The translations under genes and the position numbers were made by a program. The notes under the pieces were generated by a model. That model was not told where the DNA came from. It did no database searches and worked only from the letters and a program-made list of their open reading frames with translations. DNA of 64,000 nt from a virus: positions 32,001-96,000 of the IMG/VR virus record IMGVR_UViG_3300037462_000828. The stretch is one strand, 5' to 3'. Shown piece by piece: positions 44,817 through 54,068 of this stretch. Positions within the stretch are counted from its first letter, which is position 1; the number at the start of each line of letters is the position of its first letter.

Positions 44817-45517
44817 GCGCGGCGGCGGTCGACGCCGCGCGCGAAGCGCTCGCCGCGCGCTGCGCCGGCCCGCAGATCGACGGCGCGCTCTTTCGCGACC
44901 TCGGCGGCGGATCGTGGGTCGCCCTCTGCCCCGCGCGCTTCCCCGACTTCGGGTACGCCGAGCGGGAGGGCACGCGGCAAGACCTTGGCCTCCGGCGCGA
45001 GGCGTTCTACCTCGGCGGCCGCGAGGTCGAGAGCCCGCGCCTCGTCGCCTACCTCGCCCGCGACGCGGGGCCCGGCGCGCGGACCTACGGCTACGCCGGC
45101 CGGCGCTTTCGCCCGACGCCCTTCCCGACCCGCCTCGACGACCTGCGCCGCGAGACCGACTACCTCTGCGGCGCGCGCCCCGGCGCGCCGCTCTTCGACG
45201 CCTGCGTCGCGAACCTCTACGAGACCGGCCGCGACTCGGTCGGTTGGCACGCCGACGACGAGCCCGAGGTCGGCCCCCGCCCGCCCGACGCGACGCTCGT
45301 TGCGTCGATCTCGTTCGGCGCTCGCCGCCGCTTCCTCATTCGGCGCAAGGCCGACCACCGCGACCGGCACGTCTTCGCGCTCGGCGCGGGCGACCTGCTC
45401 GTCATGGGCGGCGCGTGCCAGCGCGATTGGGAGCACTCGGTGCCCAAGACAACGCGCCCGTGCGGCCCCCGCCTCAACCTGACCTTTCGCGTTCTCTCGC
45501 CCCAAGGATCGCCATGA
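44813..45517 (+). CDS. alkB: AlkB-family 2OG-Fe(II) dioxygenase (ALKBH2/3-like)
   Basis: NLY..GRDSVGWHADDE, SISFG, EHSVPK, RLNLTFR. Confidence 0.92.
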   Translation: MSAAAVDAAREALAARCAGPQIDGALFRDLGGGSWVALCPARFPDFGYAEREGTRQDLGLRREAFYLGGREVESPRLVAYLARDAGPGARTYGYAGRRFRPTPFPTRLDDLRRETDYLCGARPGAPLFDACVANLYETGRDSVGWHADDEPEVGPRPPDATLVASISFGARRRFLIRRKADHRDRHVFALGAGDLLVMGGACQRDWEHSVPKTTRPCGPRLNLTFRVLSPQGSP

Positions 45518-46407
45518 CCGACCCGAACACCCCGATCGCCACTCCCGACCCTACGGCTAGCCTGCTCGCGCTCGCGTGCCGGATGGCCCAACACCTCGGC
45601 TACTCGGTCGGCGTCGCCCGCGAGCCGAACGGCTACGGGGGTGTCGTTCGTATCGACCTGCCGACCGAAGGGGCCCTCGCCGACCAGCCGCCGACCCGCC
45701 GCGCGTCGTGGGTCGTCGGCGCCGCCCAACTGCCCGCGCTCGCCTTTTTGCCCGACCACGACGGGCCGCCCGACGAGGCCTCGGTTTTTGCGGCCGGCCG
45801 CCTGTGCGGCGCGTACGCCGCGATGTGGCCGGGGGAGCACGACGTGCCCCAAATCCTCGAGCGCGTGACGGCGAGCCACCGCGCCTTCGACCCGGTCGCT
45901 TGGGTCGTCGACAAGGGCTTTATCGACGAGCGGTGCGCGCTAGCCGCGACCGCCCTGCGCCTCGTCGGCGAGCCGTCGTCGGCGTGGCCCGATCGAGATT
46001 GGCGCGAAATCGGCCGCCTGCGCGACTGGCTCGGCGACGTCGCGCGGGGCCTCGGCCTCGCGGCGTGGCCCGGGCTAGGGGCGGCCGCGCGGGGCACCCG
46101 GGAGGCCTACGCGGCCCAGGCCGCCGTGCCGCGCGAGCCGGCGCCTGAACTCGGCGGCGCGCTCGAGTGCGTCGACGTCGCGGGCGTTCGCCTCTACGCG
46201 ATGGGCGCCGACGGCGTCGAGCCGGCGGTGATTTTGATCGACAGCCAAGAGTCGATCGATCTCGGCCTCGACGAGGCCGAGGCGGTCTTTCGCGAGGGCC
46301 TTCGCCTCGTCGCCGTCGCGCGCGCGGCCGCGGCGGGGCCCGCCGCCGGCTACGCGGTCGAGCGGGACGGCCTCGAGGCCGTCGTTTCCCTGAAGGGGTC
46401 GACGTGA
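45514..46407 (+). CDS. hypothetical protein
   Basis: ATGA overlap. Confidence 0.55.
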   Translation: MTDPNTPIATPDPTASLLALACRMAQHLGYSVGVAREPNGYGGVVRIDLPTEGALADQPPTRRASWVVGAAQLPALAFLPDHDGPPDEASVFAAGRLCGAYAAMWPGEHDVPQILERVTASHRAFDPVAWVVDKGFIDERCALAATALRLVGEPSSAWPDRDWREIGRLRDWLGDVARGLGLAAWPGLGAAARGTREAYAAQAAVPREPAPELGGALECVDVAGVRLYAMGADGVEPAVILIDSQESIDLGLDEAEAVFREGLRLVAVARAAAAGPAAGYAVERDGLEAVVSLKGST

Positions 46408-47264
46408 GGCCCGGCGCCTCGCCCGCGCGCCCCCGGGGCTACGACCCGGCCGCCGCTGCCGATTGGGGGGCGCGCGTCGCCGCGGCCGACCGGCGCGAGC
46501 GCGATCGGCTCGCTCGCGTCGAGGTCGACCCGTACACGGGCGTCGCTCGGGGCCCGGCGCCGGCCGAGACGACGGCTAGGACGCCCGGGGCTGTCGTCGA
46601 CCCGACCATCGGGCCGGGCCCCCGCGACCCGACGGTCGCCGCGCTCGCGAGAGCCGTCTCGGATCACGTCCTCGTCGGCGGCGCCGCCCTCTGCTCGTTC
46701 AACGACCTCTTTGGCCGCTACGTCGTATCGTCCAGCGACGCGCGGGTCGAGATTGAGGCGCGCCTACTCGACGACCCGGAGCGCGCGGCCTCGGTCGAGC
46801 CCATCGCCCGCGCCGCGGCGCTTCTCGTCGGAGGGTGCTCGAGCGTGATCCTCCCCGCCGACGTGGTGCTCTGCCGGGCCGGCGTCGACGAGCGCGGGTG
46901 CCCCGCGTGGCGCCTCGAGCCGTACCTCAAGCCAGCCGCGCCGGCGGTCGACGAGGCGGCGTTCCTGCGCTTGGTCAAGAGCGCGGTCCCCGTCGGCGTT
47001 CCGGTCGCGTGGGGTACCCACGGGCAACGGTTTCTGGCGGTCGCCCTCTCGGGCGCATTCCCCCATCAGCCGCAGACGATTGTCGAGGTCGAGCGCGAGG
47101 CCCTAGCCGACGGCGAGGGCCCGTTCACGGCGGCCGTGCTCATCGGCGACTTTTGCTTTCGGCGTCGAGCGACCCCGATGATCGACGGCGGCCTTCGGCT
47201 CGTGAGCCACCGTACGCGCGACGTGTGGGTCGTCGCGCATCTTCTCGCCAACGACTGGCCCTGA
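46404..47264 (+). CDS. hypothetical protein
   Basis: GTGA overlap. Confidence 0.55.
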   Translation: MRPGASPARPRGYDPAAAADWGARVAAADRRERDRLARVEVDPYTGVARGPAPAETTARTPGAVVDPTIGPGPRDPTVAALARAVSDHVLVGGAALCSFNDLFGRYVVSSSDARVEIEARLLDDPERAASVEPIARAAALLVGGCSSVILPADVVLCRAGVDERGCPAWRLEPYLKPAAPAVDEAAFLRLVKSAVPVGVPVAWGTHGQRFLAVALSGAFPHQPQTIVEVEREALADGEGPFTAAVLIGDFCFRRRATPMIDGGLRLVSHRTRDVWVVAHLLANDWP

Positions 47265-47579
47265 CCGAGCAGCGGCCGCGCGCGGGCAGGGGCGGGCCAT
47301 AGCGCGTCACGCTCGGGGCATGACTCCCCCCGACCCCGCGGGCGCCCCGGCCCGCGTCGACCCGCGCGACGCGCTCGAGCGCGCCCGCTCGCGCGTCGCC
47401 GAGCACCGCGGCGCGGCCCGCCGCCTGACCCTCGCCGCGGGCCGGCGCAGGGGCCGAGCCGCAAGCGCCCGCCTCGCCCGCGCGGCCGACCACCGCGCCC
47501 ACGCGAGCGAGCTCGCGGCCGTCGCGCGCGCCCTCGCCTTCGCGCTCGGCGCGGCCGACGGCGGCGACGGGGGCGCGTC

Positions 47580-48242
47580 GTGATCGCCGCCGCCGAGGTC
47601 TACGGCGGGCGCGGGTTCGACGCGCGGCACGCGGGGCAGCTCGCGTGGTACTTCGAAAAAGGCCTCGCTCGGGTCTACCCCAAGGCGATCGACTGCGAGC
47701 GGCACGGCCAGGGCTTGACGGAGTTCGGCACGGCGCCCGTCTACGAGCCGCCCGACCTCGACGAGGCCGCGCGGTTCGGCGCGATTGACCGGGCGCTCTA
47801 TCGCTGCTCGGACCTCGCCCGCGTCACGCTCGCGCTCGCCTACGGCGACGAGGGCGCCTACTGGGTCGGCCGCCCCCTCGGGTTCGACGACCGGCCCTGG
47901 GCCGTCGCCGCCCTGACCGAGCCCGCGCGCGAGGCGGCCGAGGCCCCCCAGACGCCCGAGTTCTGGCGCGCCGCCTTCCCCGCCTACGGCGGCGCCCCCC
48001 CCGGAGGCAACCGCCCCCGGGCCTGGGTGAGGGCTTTCGTCCCGGTGAGCCGCCGCAACGCCAAGGCCCGCGCCCTTGCCCTACGCGTGCGCCGCGCCGC
48101 CGAACTCTTGCTCGATGACGCGGAGGAACAGTTCGCCGTCGCTTACGACGTGCGCGACGCCAGCCTGCGCCAGATCAAGCGCGAGGGCCGGCGCGCGCAC
48201 GAGGCGCGCCCCTTCGTCTGCGTTCGGGTCGAGGGGGCCTAG
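47580..48242 (+). CDS. hypothetical protein
   Basis: GTGA overlap; normal composition. Confidence 0.55.
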   Translation: MIAAAEVYGGRGFDARHAGQLAWYFEKGLARVYPKAIDCERHGQGLTEFGTAPVYEPPDLDEAARFGAIDRALYRCSDLARVTLALAYGDEGAYWVGRPLGFDDRPWAVAALTEPAREAAEAPQTPEFWRAAFPAYGGAPPGGNRPRAWVRAFVPVSRRNAKARALALRVRRAAELLLDDAEEQFAVAYDVRDASLRQIKREGRRAHEARPFVCVRVEGA

Positions 48243-48246
48243 CTCC

Positions 48247-48528
48247 GTGGCGCGCGTTCCGAAGCACGCCCGCCCCCGCTGCGGGGCCCGCAAGCGCGAC
48301 GGGCGGCCTTGCGCGGCGCCGGTCGAGTGCGCCCCCGACGGGTCGCTGCGCCGCCGGTGCCGCAACCACGGCGGGGCCTCGACGGGCCCGCGGACAGCCG
48401 AGGGCCGGGCCCGGACGGGCGCCGCCGTCGCCGCACGCTGGGAGGCCTACCGAGCGCGAAAAGCGGCCGGAGGCGTTAACAAAGACGGCGCGCCGGCCGT
48501 AGCCACGAACAGAGGCGATTCGACATGA
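48247..48528 (+). CDS. HGGxSTG-domain protein
   Basis: RCGARKRDGRPC...RCRNHGGASTGPRTAEG. Confidence 0.85.
   Translation: MARVPKHARPRCGARKRDGRPCAAPVECAPDGSLRRRCRNHGGASTGPRTAEGRARTGAAVAARWEAYRARKAAGGVNKDGAPAVATNRGDST
48476..48501 (+). promoter_or_regulatory. class C promoter motif (variant)
   Basis: TTAAC-N15-GCCGTA. Confidence 0.55.
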
Positions 48529-49421
48529 TCGACGCGGAAACTAAGGAGAAACTTGTCGACCGACTGCGGGGCCGCCGCGTCGTGCTTTCGGTCATCGGAG
48601 GCAAAGACTCGGCGGCGGCCTCGCTCTACCTGCGCGACCTAGGCATCGACCACGACCGCGTGTTCGCCGACACCGGGTGGGAGTCGCCCGTTACGTACGA
48701 GTACCTGCGCGGCGACCTGACGCGCGCGCTCGGTCCGATCCACGAGGTGCGCGGTCGCTACACCCTGCCCGAACTCGTGCGGGCGAAGATGATGTTTCCG
48801 AGCCGCCGCATTCGCTTCTGCACGCAAGAACTCAAGGTCTTCCCGCTCGCCAAGTACGTCAAGTCGATCGATACCGAGACGGTCAACGCCGTCGGCGTGC
48901 GCGCGGCCGAGAGCCAGGCGCGCTCGCTCCTCGAGGAGTGGGAATGGTCCGACACCTTCGACTGCGACGTCTGGCGGCCGATCATCGCGTGGTCGGAGCA
49001 AGACGTGATCGACATTCACAAGAGGCACGGGCTCGCGCCGAACCCCCTCTACTTGCGAGGCGCCTCGCGCGTCGGGTGCTTCCCGTGCATCCACGCCAGC
49101 AAGAAAGAGATCGGCCTCATCGCCGACCTCGACCCGGCGCGCATTGACGAGATCCGGGCGCTTGAGGCCGAGGTGCAAGAGGGCGCTAGGGCCCGCTACG
49201 CGGCCAAGGGCGAGACCTTCGAAAGCAAGGGCTACTCGCCCCCGACCTTCTTTCAAAGCCCGCTTGGCGCTCGGCGCATGTGGTCGATCGACGAAGCCGT
49301 TACGTGGTCGCGCACGTCGCGCGGCGGCCGGCAACTCGAGATGTTCCGTGACCCGCACGACGGGTGCGTGCGCTGGGGCATGTGCGAGGCGGGGGCCGAC
49401 GACAAGGACGGCAACGCGTGA
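48525..49421 (+). CDS. phosphoadenosine phosphosulfate reductase-family (PP-loop) protein
   Basis: GGKDS, ADTGWE, RFCTQELK, GVRAAES.AR, NPLY..G.SRVGCFPC. Confidence 0.9.
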   Translation: MIDAETKEKLVDRLRGRRVVLSVIGGKDSAAASLYLRDLGIDHDRVFADTGWESPVTYEYLRGDLTRALGPIHEVRGRYTLPELVRAKMMFPSRRIRFCTQELKVFPLAKYVKSIDTETVNAVGVRAAESQARSLLEEWEWSDTFDCDVWRPIIAWSEQDVIDIHKRHGLAPNPLYLRGASRVGCFPCIHASKKEIGLIADLDPARIDEIRALEAEVQEGARARYAAKGETFESKGYSPPTFFQSPLGARRMWSIDEAVTWSRTSRGGRQLEMFRDPHDGCVRWGMCEAGADDKDGNA

Positions 49422-49743
49422 ACCCGTATCGCGCCCCCGTGCGCCCGCCTCTTCCGGCCCACAACCCCGACGAGGGGCCATGGCCCCGATGGCTCCCGTC
49501 GCGCGACCCGCTACACCAAGGCAAGGTGGTTTGCTGGGGCGCCGGGGCCTGCACGGGCCGGGGCGCTCGGCCCGAAGGAGATCGCTACTGCTGCGGCGCC
49601 GATTGGGGGCCCAAGCTAGCCACGACGCGGCCTGTCAAGCGAGGCCTAGTGGCTGCCGTCATGAATGTATGCCGCGCGCGAAAAGCGGCCGGGGCTCTTA
49701 CGACCGCCGAGGGTGCGGCCGTTGCCGAAGGCGAGGAACCGAC

Positions 49744-50256
49744 ATGCAGTGGCGAATAAGTGACCGAGCCGACCCCGAGGCGCGCGCCCTCGCGGATCGC
49801 CACTACAACCGGCAGAAGCCGGGCACGCCGCATTTCGTGCCGCCGGGGCGGTGCCTTGTGCTGGTTTGCGACAAGGCGTTCTGGGTCACGTCGTGGCCGT
49901 TCGCCGAGTACACCAAGCACGCGTGGGCCGGGGCGTGGGTCTGCTCCGCCTTTCGCAACGAGGGCGCGGGCCTCGCCTCGGCGCTCATCACCGACGCGGT
50001 GGCCGCGACCCGCTGGCGATGGCCCGACGTTCCGCCCGAGGGCATGATTACCTTCGTCAACCGGGCGAAGGTGCGCCACAAGCGCGACCCGGGCCGCTGC
50101 TACCGTCGCGCCGGCTTCGTCCCTTGCGGCGAAACTAAGGGCGGTCTCCTCGCCCTTCGGCTCGACCCGGGCGACATGCCGCCGGCCGCCGCGCCGATCG
50201 GATCGCAGGCGTCGCTCTTGTGGGTCGAAGCGCCCCCGGCCTCGGCGGGCACGTGA
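49744..50256 (+). CDS. putative Mom-like/GNAT-fold DNA-modification protein
   Basis: LADRHY.R, W.CSAFRNEG..LAS.LI, MITFV, PGRCY..AGF. Confidence 0.55.
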   Translation: MQWRISDRADPEARALADRHYNRQKPGTPHFVPPGRCLVLVCDKAFWVTSWPFAEYTKHAWAGAWVCSAFRNEGAGLASALITDAVAATRWRWPDVPPEGMITFVNRAKVRHKRDPGRCYRRAGFVPCGETKGGLLALRLDPGDMPPAAAPIGSQASLLWVEAPPASAGT

Positions 50257-50558
50257 GCGCCTACCGAACGGGCTACCGCCCCGACCCCGACCCCGAGCCG
50301 CCCGAGCCGAAGGCGCCGCCGCCGCCGCCGGCGAAGCCGCCGAGCCCCTACCCCGCCGCCCTCGCCCGCGCCGCGCGCCGCGTCCTGACGGCGGCGGCCG
50401 CGGCGACGGCTGCGTGCGCCGCCGTGCCGGCGGAGACGCTCGGGGCGATCGACCCGGCGACGGCCGTCGTCGCGTTCTTCTACGCCCTTTTGCTCGGCCG
50501 GCTGCTCGCCGGTCTTATCGTCGGGCCAGACCCGACCGTACCCGACGGTAGCCCATGA
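50253..50558 (+). CDS. small membrane protein
   Basis: two hydrophobic helices. Confidence 0.5.
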   Translation: MSAYRTGYRPDPDPEPPEPKAPPPPPAKPPSPYPAALARAARRVLTAAAAATAACAAVPAETLGAIDPATAVVAFFYALLLGRLLAGLIVGPDPTVPDGSP

Positions 50559-52069
50559 GCCGACCGACGACGCCCGAGCAAAAAGACGACGCCCGCCGCC
50601 GACGGGAGGCCTTCGCTGAGCGGTTCGGCGCGCGCCTCGACGCGTCGGGCATGACCGGCACCGCGCTCGCTGAGCGCGTCGGCGCGTCGACCCAATCGGT
50701 CTCGGCCTGGCGCTACGGCCGGTCGCTGCCCCGCGACGCCGCCCTCGCGCGGCTCGCCGCGGCGCTCGATTGCGACCCGGCCTGGCTCTCGGCCGCCGAC
50801 GTCGCGCCCCCGCCGCCGCCCAAGCCCGCGGCGCCGCCCCGGGCGCCCGCCCCCGCGCGCACGCCGCGCCGCGCGCTGCCACCGGCCCCTGCTCCGGCCC
50901 CCCGGGCCTCGCCCCGGGCCCGCGAGCCCTCCCTCGCGTGGCACGCCGACCTCGCGGCGCGCGAGGCCGACCATTGGGTCGCCCTGCTCGCCGCCCCCGA
51001 CCCGGCCCCCGTCGCCGCCGCCGCGCGGCGCGGGCTCGACGCGCGCCTCGATCGGCAACGCTCGGGCGACGACCTCGCCGAGGCCGCGGTCGCGTCGGCG
51101 CTCGCCTGCGTCGAACGGGGCGAGGGCGAGGACGCCGCCCGGTCGCTCGCGCGCGCCTTGCGCTTCGCCGACGTCGGCCGCCTTGCGCGCGCCGAGGCCC
51201 GGCGCGAGGTCGAGGCGACGCCGCCCGTCGACGCCGCGGGCTACGCCTGGGCCGACCGCGTGCTCGCGACGCGCCGGGCCTACGAGGCCGTTCGCAACCG
51301 CGTCGTCGCCGAAAACCGCGCGCTCTGCTACGCGCTGACGCGCCGCCTCGCGCGCGCCTCGGGCGTCGACCCCGACGACCTCGCCGCCGAGGCGATCGCC
51401 GGCCTCCTTCGCGCCGTCGAGCGCTACGAGCCCGGGCACGGTACGACGCTCGCGACCTACGCCCAGCACTGGGTGCGACACGCCGTCGACCGCAACCTCG
51501 GCCACTACCAAGACCTACGGCTGCCCGTCAACGCGGTCGACGACCTGACGCTCGTGCTCCGCGCCGACGAGGCGGGCGCCGCCCCGGCGCTCTCGGACGC
51601 GCGCGTCAAGCGCGTGCGCGAGGCGCACCGCGTGCGGCGTTTCGCCCGGCTCGACGCGCCGCACGCAGTACGCCTCGTCGGCGGGGGCGACACGGCCTTT
51701 ACGCTCGGCGATATGGTGGCCGACCCGGGGGCGTCGCCCGAAGAGCAGGCCATCGCGGCCGAGGAAGCCGCCGCCCTGCGCGCCGCGCTCGCTCGCCTTC
51801 CGGCAAGGCGCCGGCGCGTGCTCGAGGCGCGCTTCGGGCTCGACGGGCCCGAGCAGACCCTCAACGAGGTCGGCGCTCGCATGGGCGTCGGCCGCGAGCG
51901 CGCGCGGCAAATCGAGGTGCGGGCGCTCGCCGACCTCGCCGCCGAACTCGGGCGCTCGGGCGGCGTCGACCGCGGCGCCCGCCCCGAGGGCCGTCGCGTG
52001 CGCGCCCCCGCAAGCGACCCCATCGACGCCTTGGTCGACGCCGTCGTGCGCCGCCGGGAGGCCGCGTGA
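50555..52069 (+). CDS. sigma-70 family RNA polymerase sigma factor fused to an N-terminal XRE HTH
   Basis: XRE: LAERVGASTQSVSAWRYG..P; region 2: GLLRAVERYEP..G..LATYAQHWVRHAV; region 4: TLNEVGARMGVGRERARQIE..AL. Confidence 0.9.
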   Translation: MSRPTTPEQKDDARRRREAFAERFGARLDASGMTGTALAERVGASTQSVSAWRYGRSLPRDAALARLAAALDCDPAWLSAADVAPPPPPKPAAPPRAPAPARTPRRALPPAPAPAPRASPRAREPSLAWHADLAAREADHWVALLAAPDPAPVAAAARRGLDARLDRQRSGDDLAEAAVASALACVERGEGEDAARSLARALRFADVGRLARAEARREVEATPPVDAAGYAWADRVLATRRAYEAVRNRVVAENRALCYALTRRLARASGVDPDDLAAEAIAGLLRAVERYEPGHGTTLATYAQHWVRHAVDRNLGHYQDLRLPVNAVDDLTLVLRADEAGAAPALSDARVKRVREAHRVRRFARLDAPHAVRLVGGGDTAFTLGDMVADPGASPEEQAIAAEEAAALRAALARLPARRRRVLEARFGLDGPEQTLNEVGARMGVGRERARQIEVRALADLAAELGRSGGVDRGARPEGRRVRAPASDPIDALVDAVVRRREAA

Positions 52070-52680
52070 CCCACGCCGACCTCGTCGCGCGCGCCGCGCG
52101 CTGGCTTCACAACACCCTCCACCACCCGATCGTACTCGTCGAGATCGGATCGACCGGCGGCGAGAGCCCCGACGTTATCGGCTGGAAGACCGGGCACTCG
52201 ACGCTGATCGAATGCAAGGCGAGCCGTTCCGACTTTCTCGCCGACCGGAAGAAGCCCTTTCGGCTGATGCCCGACCTCGGCATGGGCCGGCTTCGCTGGT
52301 ACTGCGCGCCGCCCGGGGTCATCGCGCCGGCCGACCTGCCCGAGCGCTGGGGGCTCGTCGAGGCCCACGGCCGGTCGATGCGCGTCGTCGCCAAGGCGGG
52401 TCCGTACTACGAGGCGCTCTCGTTCGTCGCCCAAGTCAGCGAAACGCACCTGCTCATGAGCGCCGCGCAGCGCATCGCCGAGGGGTGGGGCCGGGCTCAA
52501 GTGGCCTACCCCCGCGTGCCCGAGGCCGGGCCCCCGCCGCCCCGGTGCCGGGCGTGCTTCGCCGAGGGGCGCCCGGCGCGCGGCCCCGCGTGCCACGCCT
52601 GCGGCCGGGCCCTCAGGCTCGAGCCCGACGACGAGGTTTCGGGCTTCGGAGGCGAGGGCCCTTTACAAGTCCGCCACTAG
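52066..52680 (+). CDS. PD-(D/E)XK nuclease-like protein (MmcB-like)
   Basis: ESPDVIGW, LIECKASRSDFLAD, ELP..WGL-like motif. Confidence 0.7.
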   Translation: MTHADLVARAARWLHNTLHHPIVLVEIGSTGGESPDVIGWKTGHSTLIECKASRSDFLADRKKPFRLMPDLGMGRLRWYCAPPGVIAPADLPERWGLVEAHGRSMRVVAKAGPYYEALSFVAQVSETHLLMSAAQRIAEGWGRAQVAYPRVPEAGPPPPRCRACFAEGRPARGPACHACGRALRLEPDDEVSGFGGEGPLQVRH

Positions 52681-52690
52681 GACGTATTGA
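52662..52690 (+). promoter_or_regulatory. class B promoter/operator, leaderless
   Basis: CTTTACAAGTCCGCCACTAGGACGTAT nearly identical to the copy at 1401-1427; ATG 6 nt after -10. Confidence 0.75.
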
Positions 52691-52696
52691 TAGGGC

Positions 52697-53716
52697 ATGA
52701 CCGACGTCGCTACCGCCGCCCCCGCCGCTACGCCCGAGACCGCGTGGGTTCACCCCTTCGAGATACTAGGCCTCGGCCGCGCCCCCTTCCGCTGCGTCGG
52801 CTTTCGGGTCGACGTCTACCAAGCGTGCCCGGGCGCGCCCGTTCAGCCCGCCGGGGCGTGCGACGTGTGCGGCGCCGGCCTCAAGTACGTCTACCTCGTC
52901 GCCGGCTCGGGCCCGGGCGACGCGGCGTTCCGGGTCGGGTGCGACTGCGTCGCCAAGACGGGCGACACCGAACTCGAGCAAGCCGCCCGGCGCGCGCGCC
53001 GCGCCGAGGCCGACCGCGAGGCGCGCGAGTACGCGCGCGGCAAGGCCGAGGCCCGGCGCGCCCTCGAGCGCGAGCAAGCCGCGGAGAACGCGGTTACGCA
53101 CCGCGCGATCATCGCCGAACTCGAGCGCCTCTGCGCCGCCACCGAGCGCGCCGATCGTGCCGCCCGCGTTCGCATCGAGGACGACTACAACGACCGCACG
53201 GCCAAGTCGTACAACCTCTGCCTCGAACTGCTCGGCGACCTGCGCGGCGGCCGGCGCGATCACGGCCCCGACGCGGGCGAGCGCGTCGCGGTCGACGCCG
53301 TGCGCCGCGCCGTCGACGCCCCCGCCTCGACGCACGTCGGGACGCCGGGCGTCCGGGCGAAGGGGCTCGTCTGCACCTACGAGGGCGTCGCCTACACGAC
53401 CTCGCCCGAGTCGTCGCCGTGGGGGCCCAAGGATCTCGTCAAACTGCTCGTCGCCGAGGGGCCGCACGCCGGGGCGTGGCTCCTCTGGTGGACGACGAGC
53501 GCGGCCCGCGTTGCCGACCCGGCCGCGCCCTACGGCGAGCGGCGCGTTGCGATCGGCGAGCGCGTCGTCGTCGCCGCGACCGTCGACCGGCACACCGACT
53601 ACAAGGGGTGCGCCCAGACCGAGGTCAAGCGGGCCGCGTTCGCCCTGCCGGCCGCCGCGCCCCCGCCCAAGGCCCCGCGCGCCCGCCGTGCCGCCGCCCG
53701 TCAGGTGGCGCCGTGA
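52697..53716 (+). CDS. protein with N-terminal Zn-binding domain and probable C-terminal OB fold
   Basis: CDVCG...VGCDC; HVG..G...VAATV..H..YKG..QT..KR. Confidence 0.55.
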   Translation: MTDVATAAPAATPETAWVHPFEILGLGRAPFRCVGFRVDVYQACPGAPVQPAGACDVCGAGLKYVYLVAGSGPGDAAFRVGCDCVAKTGDTELEQAARRARRAEADREAREYARGKAEARRALEREQAAENAVTHRAIIAELERLCAATERADRAARVRIEDDYNDRTAKSYNLCLELLGDLRGGRRDHGPDAGERVAVDAVRRAVDAPASTHVGTPGVRAKGLVCTYEGVAYTTSPESSPWGPKDLVKLLVAEGPHAGAWLLWWTTSAARVADPAAPYGERRVAIGERVVVAATVDRHTDYKGCAQTEVKRAAFALPAAAPPPKAPRARRAAARQVAP

Positions 53717-54036
53717 AGGCCTCGCGCGTCTGGTACCTCCTCACCCAAGCCGCCGGCTCGGCCGCGGTCGCCTCGGCCTCGGCGTCGCTTACCTGGGCGT
53801 GGCTCGGCGGCCCCTACGGCGGGCACCACGCCCTCGCCGCCCTCTGCGCCGCCTCGGGGGTAGGCGCGGCGTTCGCCGACTACCGGGCGGGCGTCGCGCG
53901 CCGCCGCGAGGCCCTCGCGCGCGAGGCCGACCTGCTCCGCGGCCGGCGCCGCGGGGGCCCGGTCGCGATCGGGTTGCGCCGCCTCGACCGCGAGCAGACC
54001 GTCGTCGACCGCCCCCGCCCGGCGCGTCAGGCCTAA
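53713..54036 (+). CDS. small membrane protein
   Basis: two hydrophobic segments. Confidence 0.45.
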   Translation: MKASRVWYLLTQAAGSAAVASASASLTWAWLGGPYGGHHALAALCAASGVGAAFADYRAGVARRREALAREADLLRGRRRGGPVAIGLRRLDREQTVVDRPRPARQA

Positions 54037-54059
54037 ACGGTCGGCTCGCCCGCGCCGTT
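54033..54059 (+). promoter_or_regulatory. class C promoter motif
   Basis: CTAAA-N16-GCCGTT, ATG 9 nt later. Confidence 0.75.
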
Positions 54060-54068
54060 ACCAAGACC

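Noticed and set aside
48525-49421. QueC/7-deazaguanine or complete Dnd phosphorothioate system
   Set aside because: Motifs fit the PAPS reductase family, not QueC; no folE/queD/queE/dpdA or dndABDE genes seen
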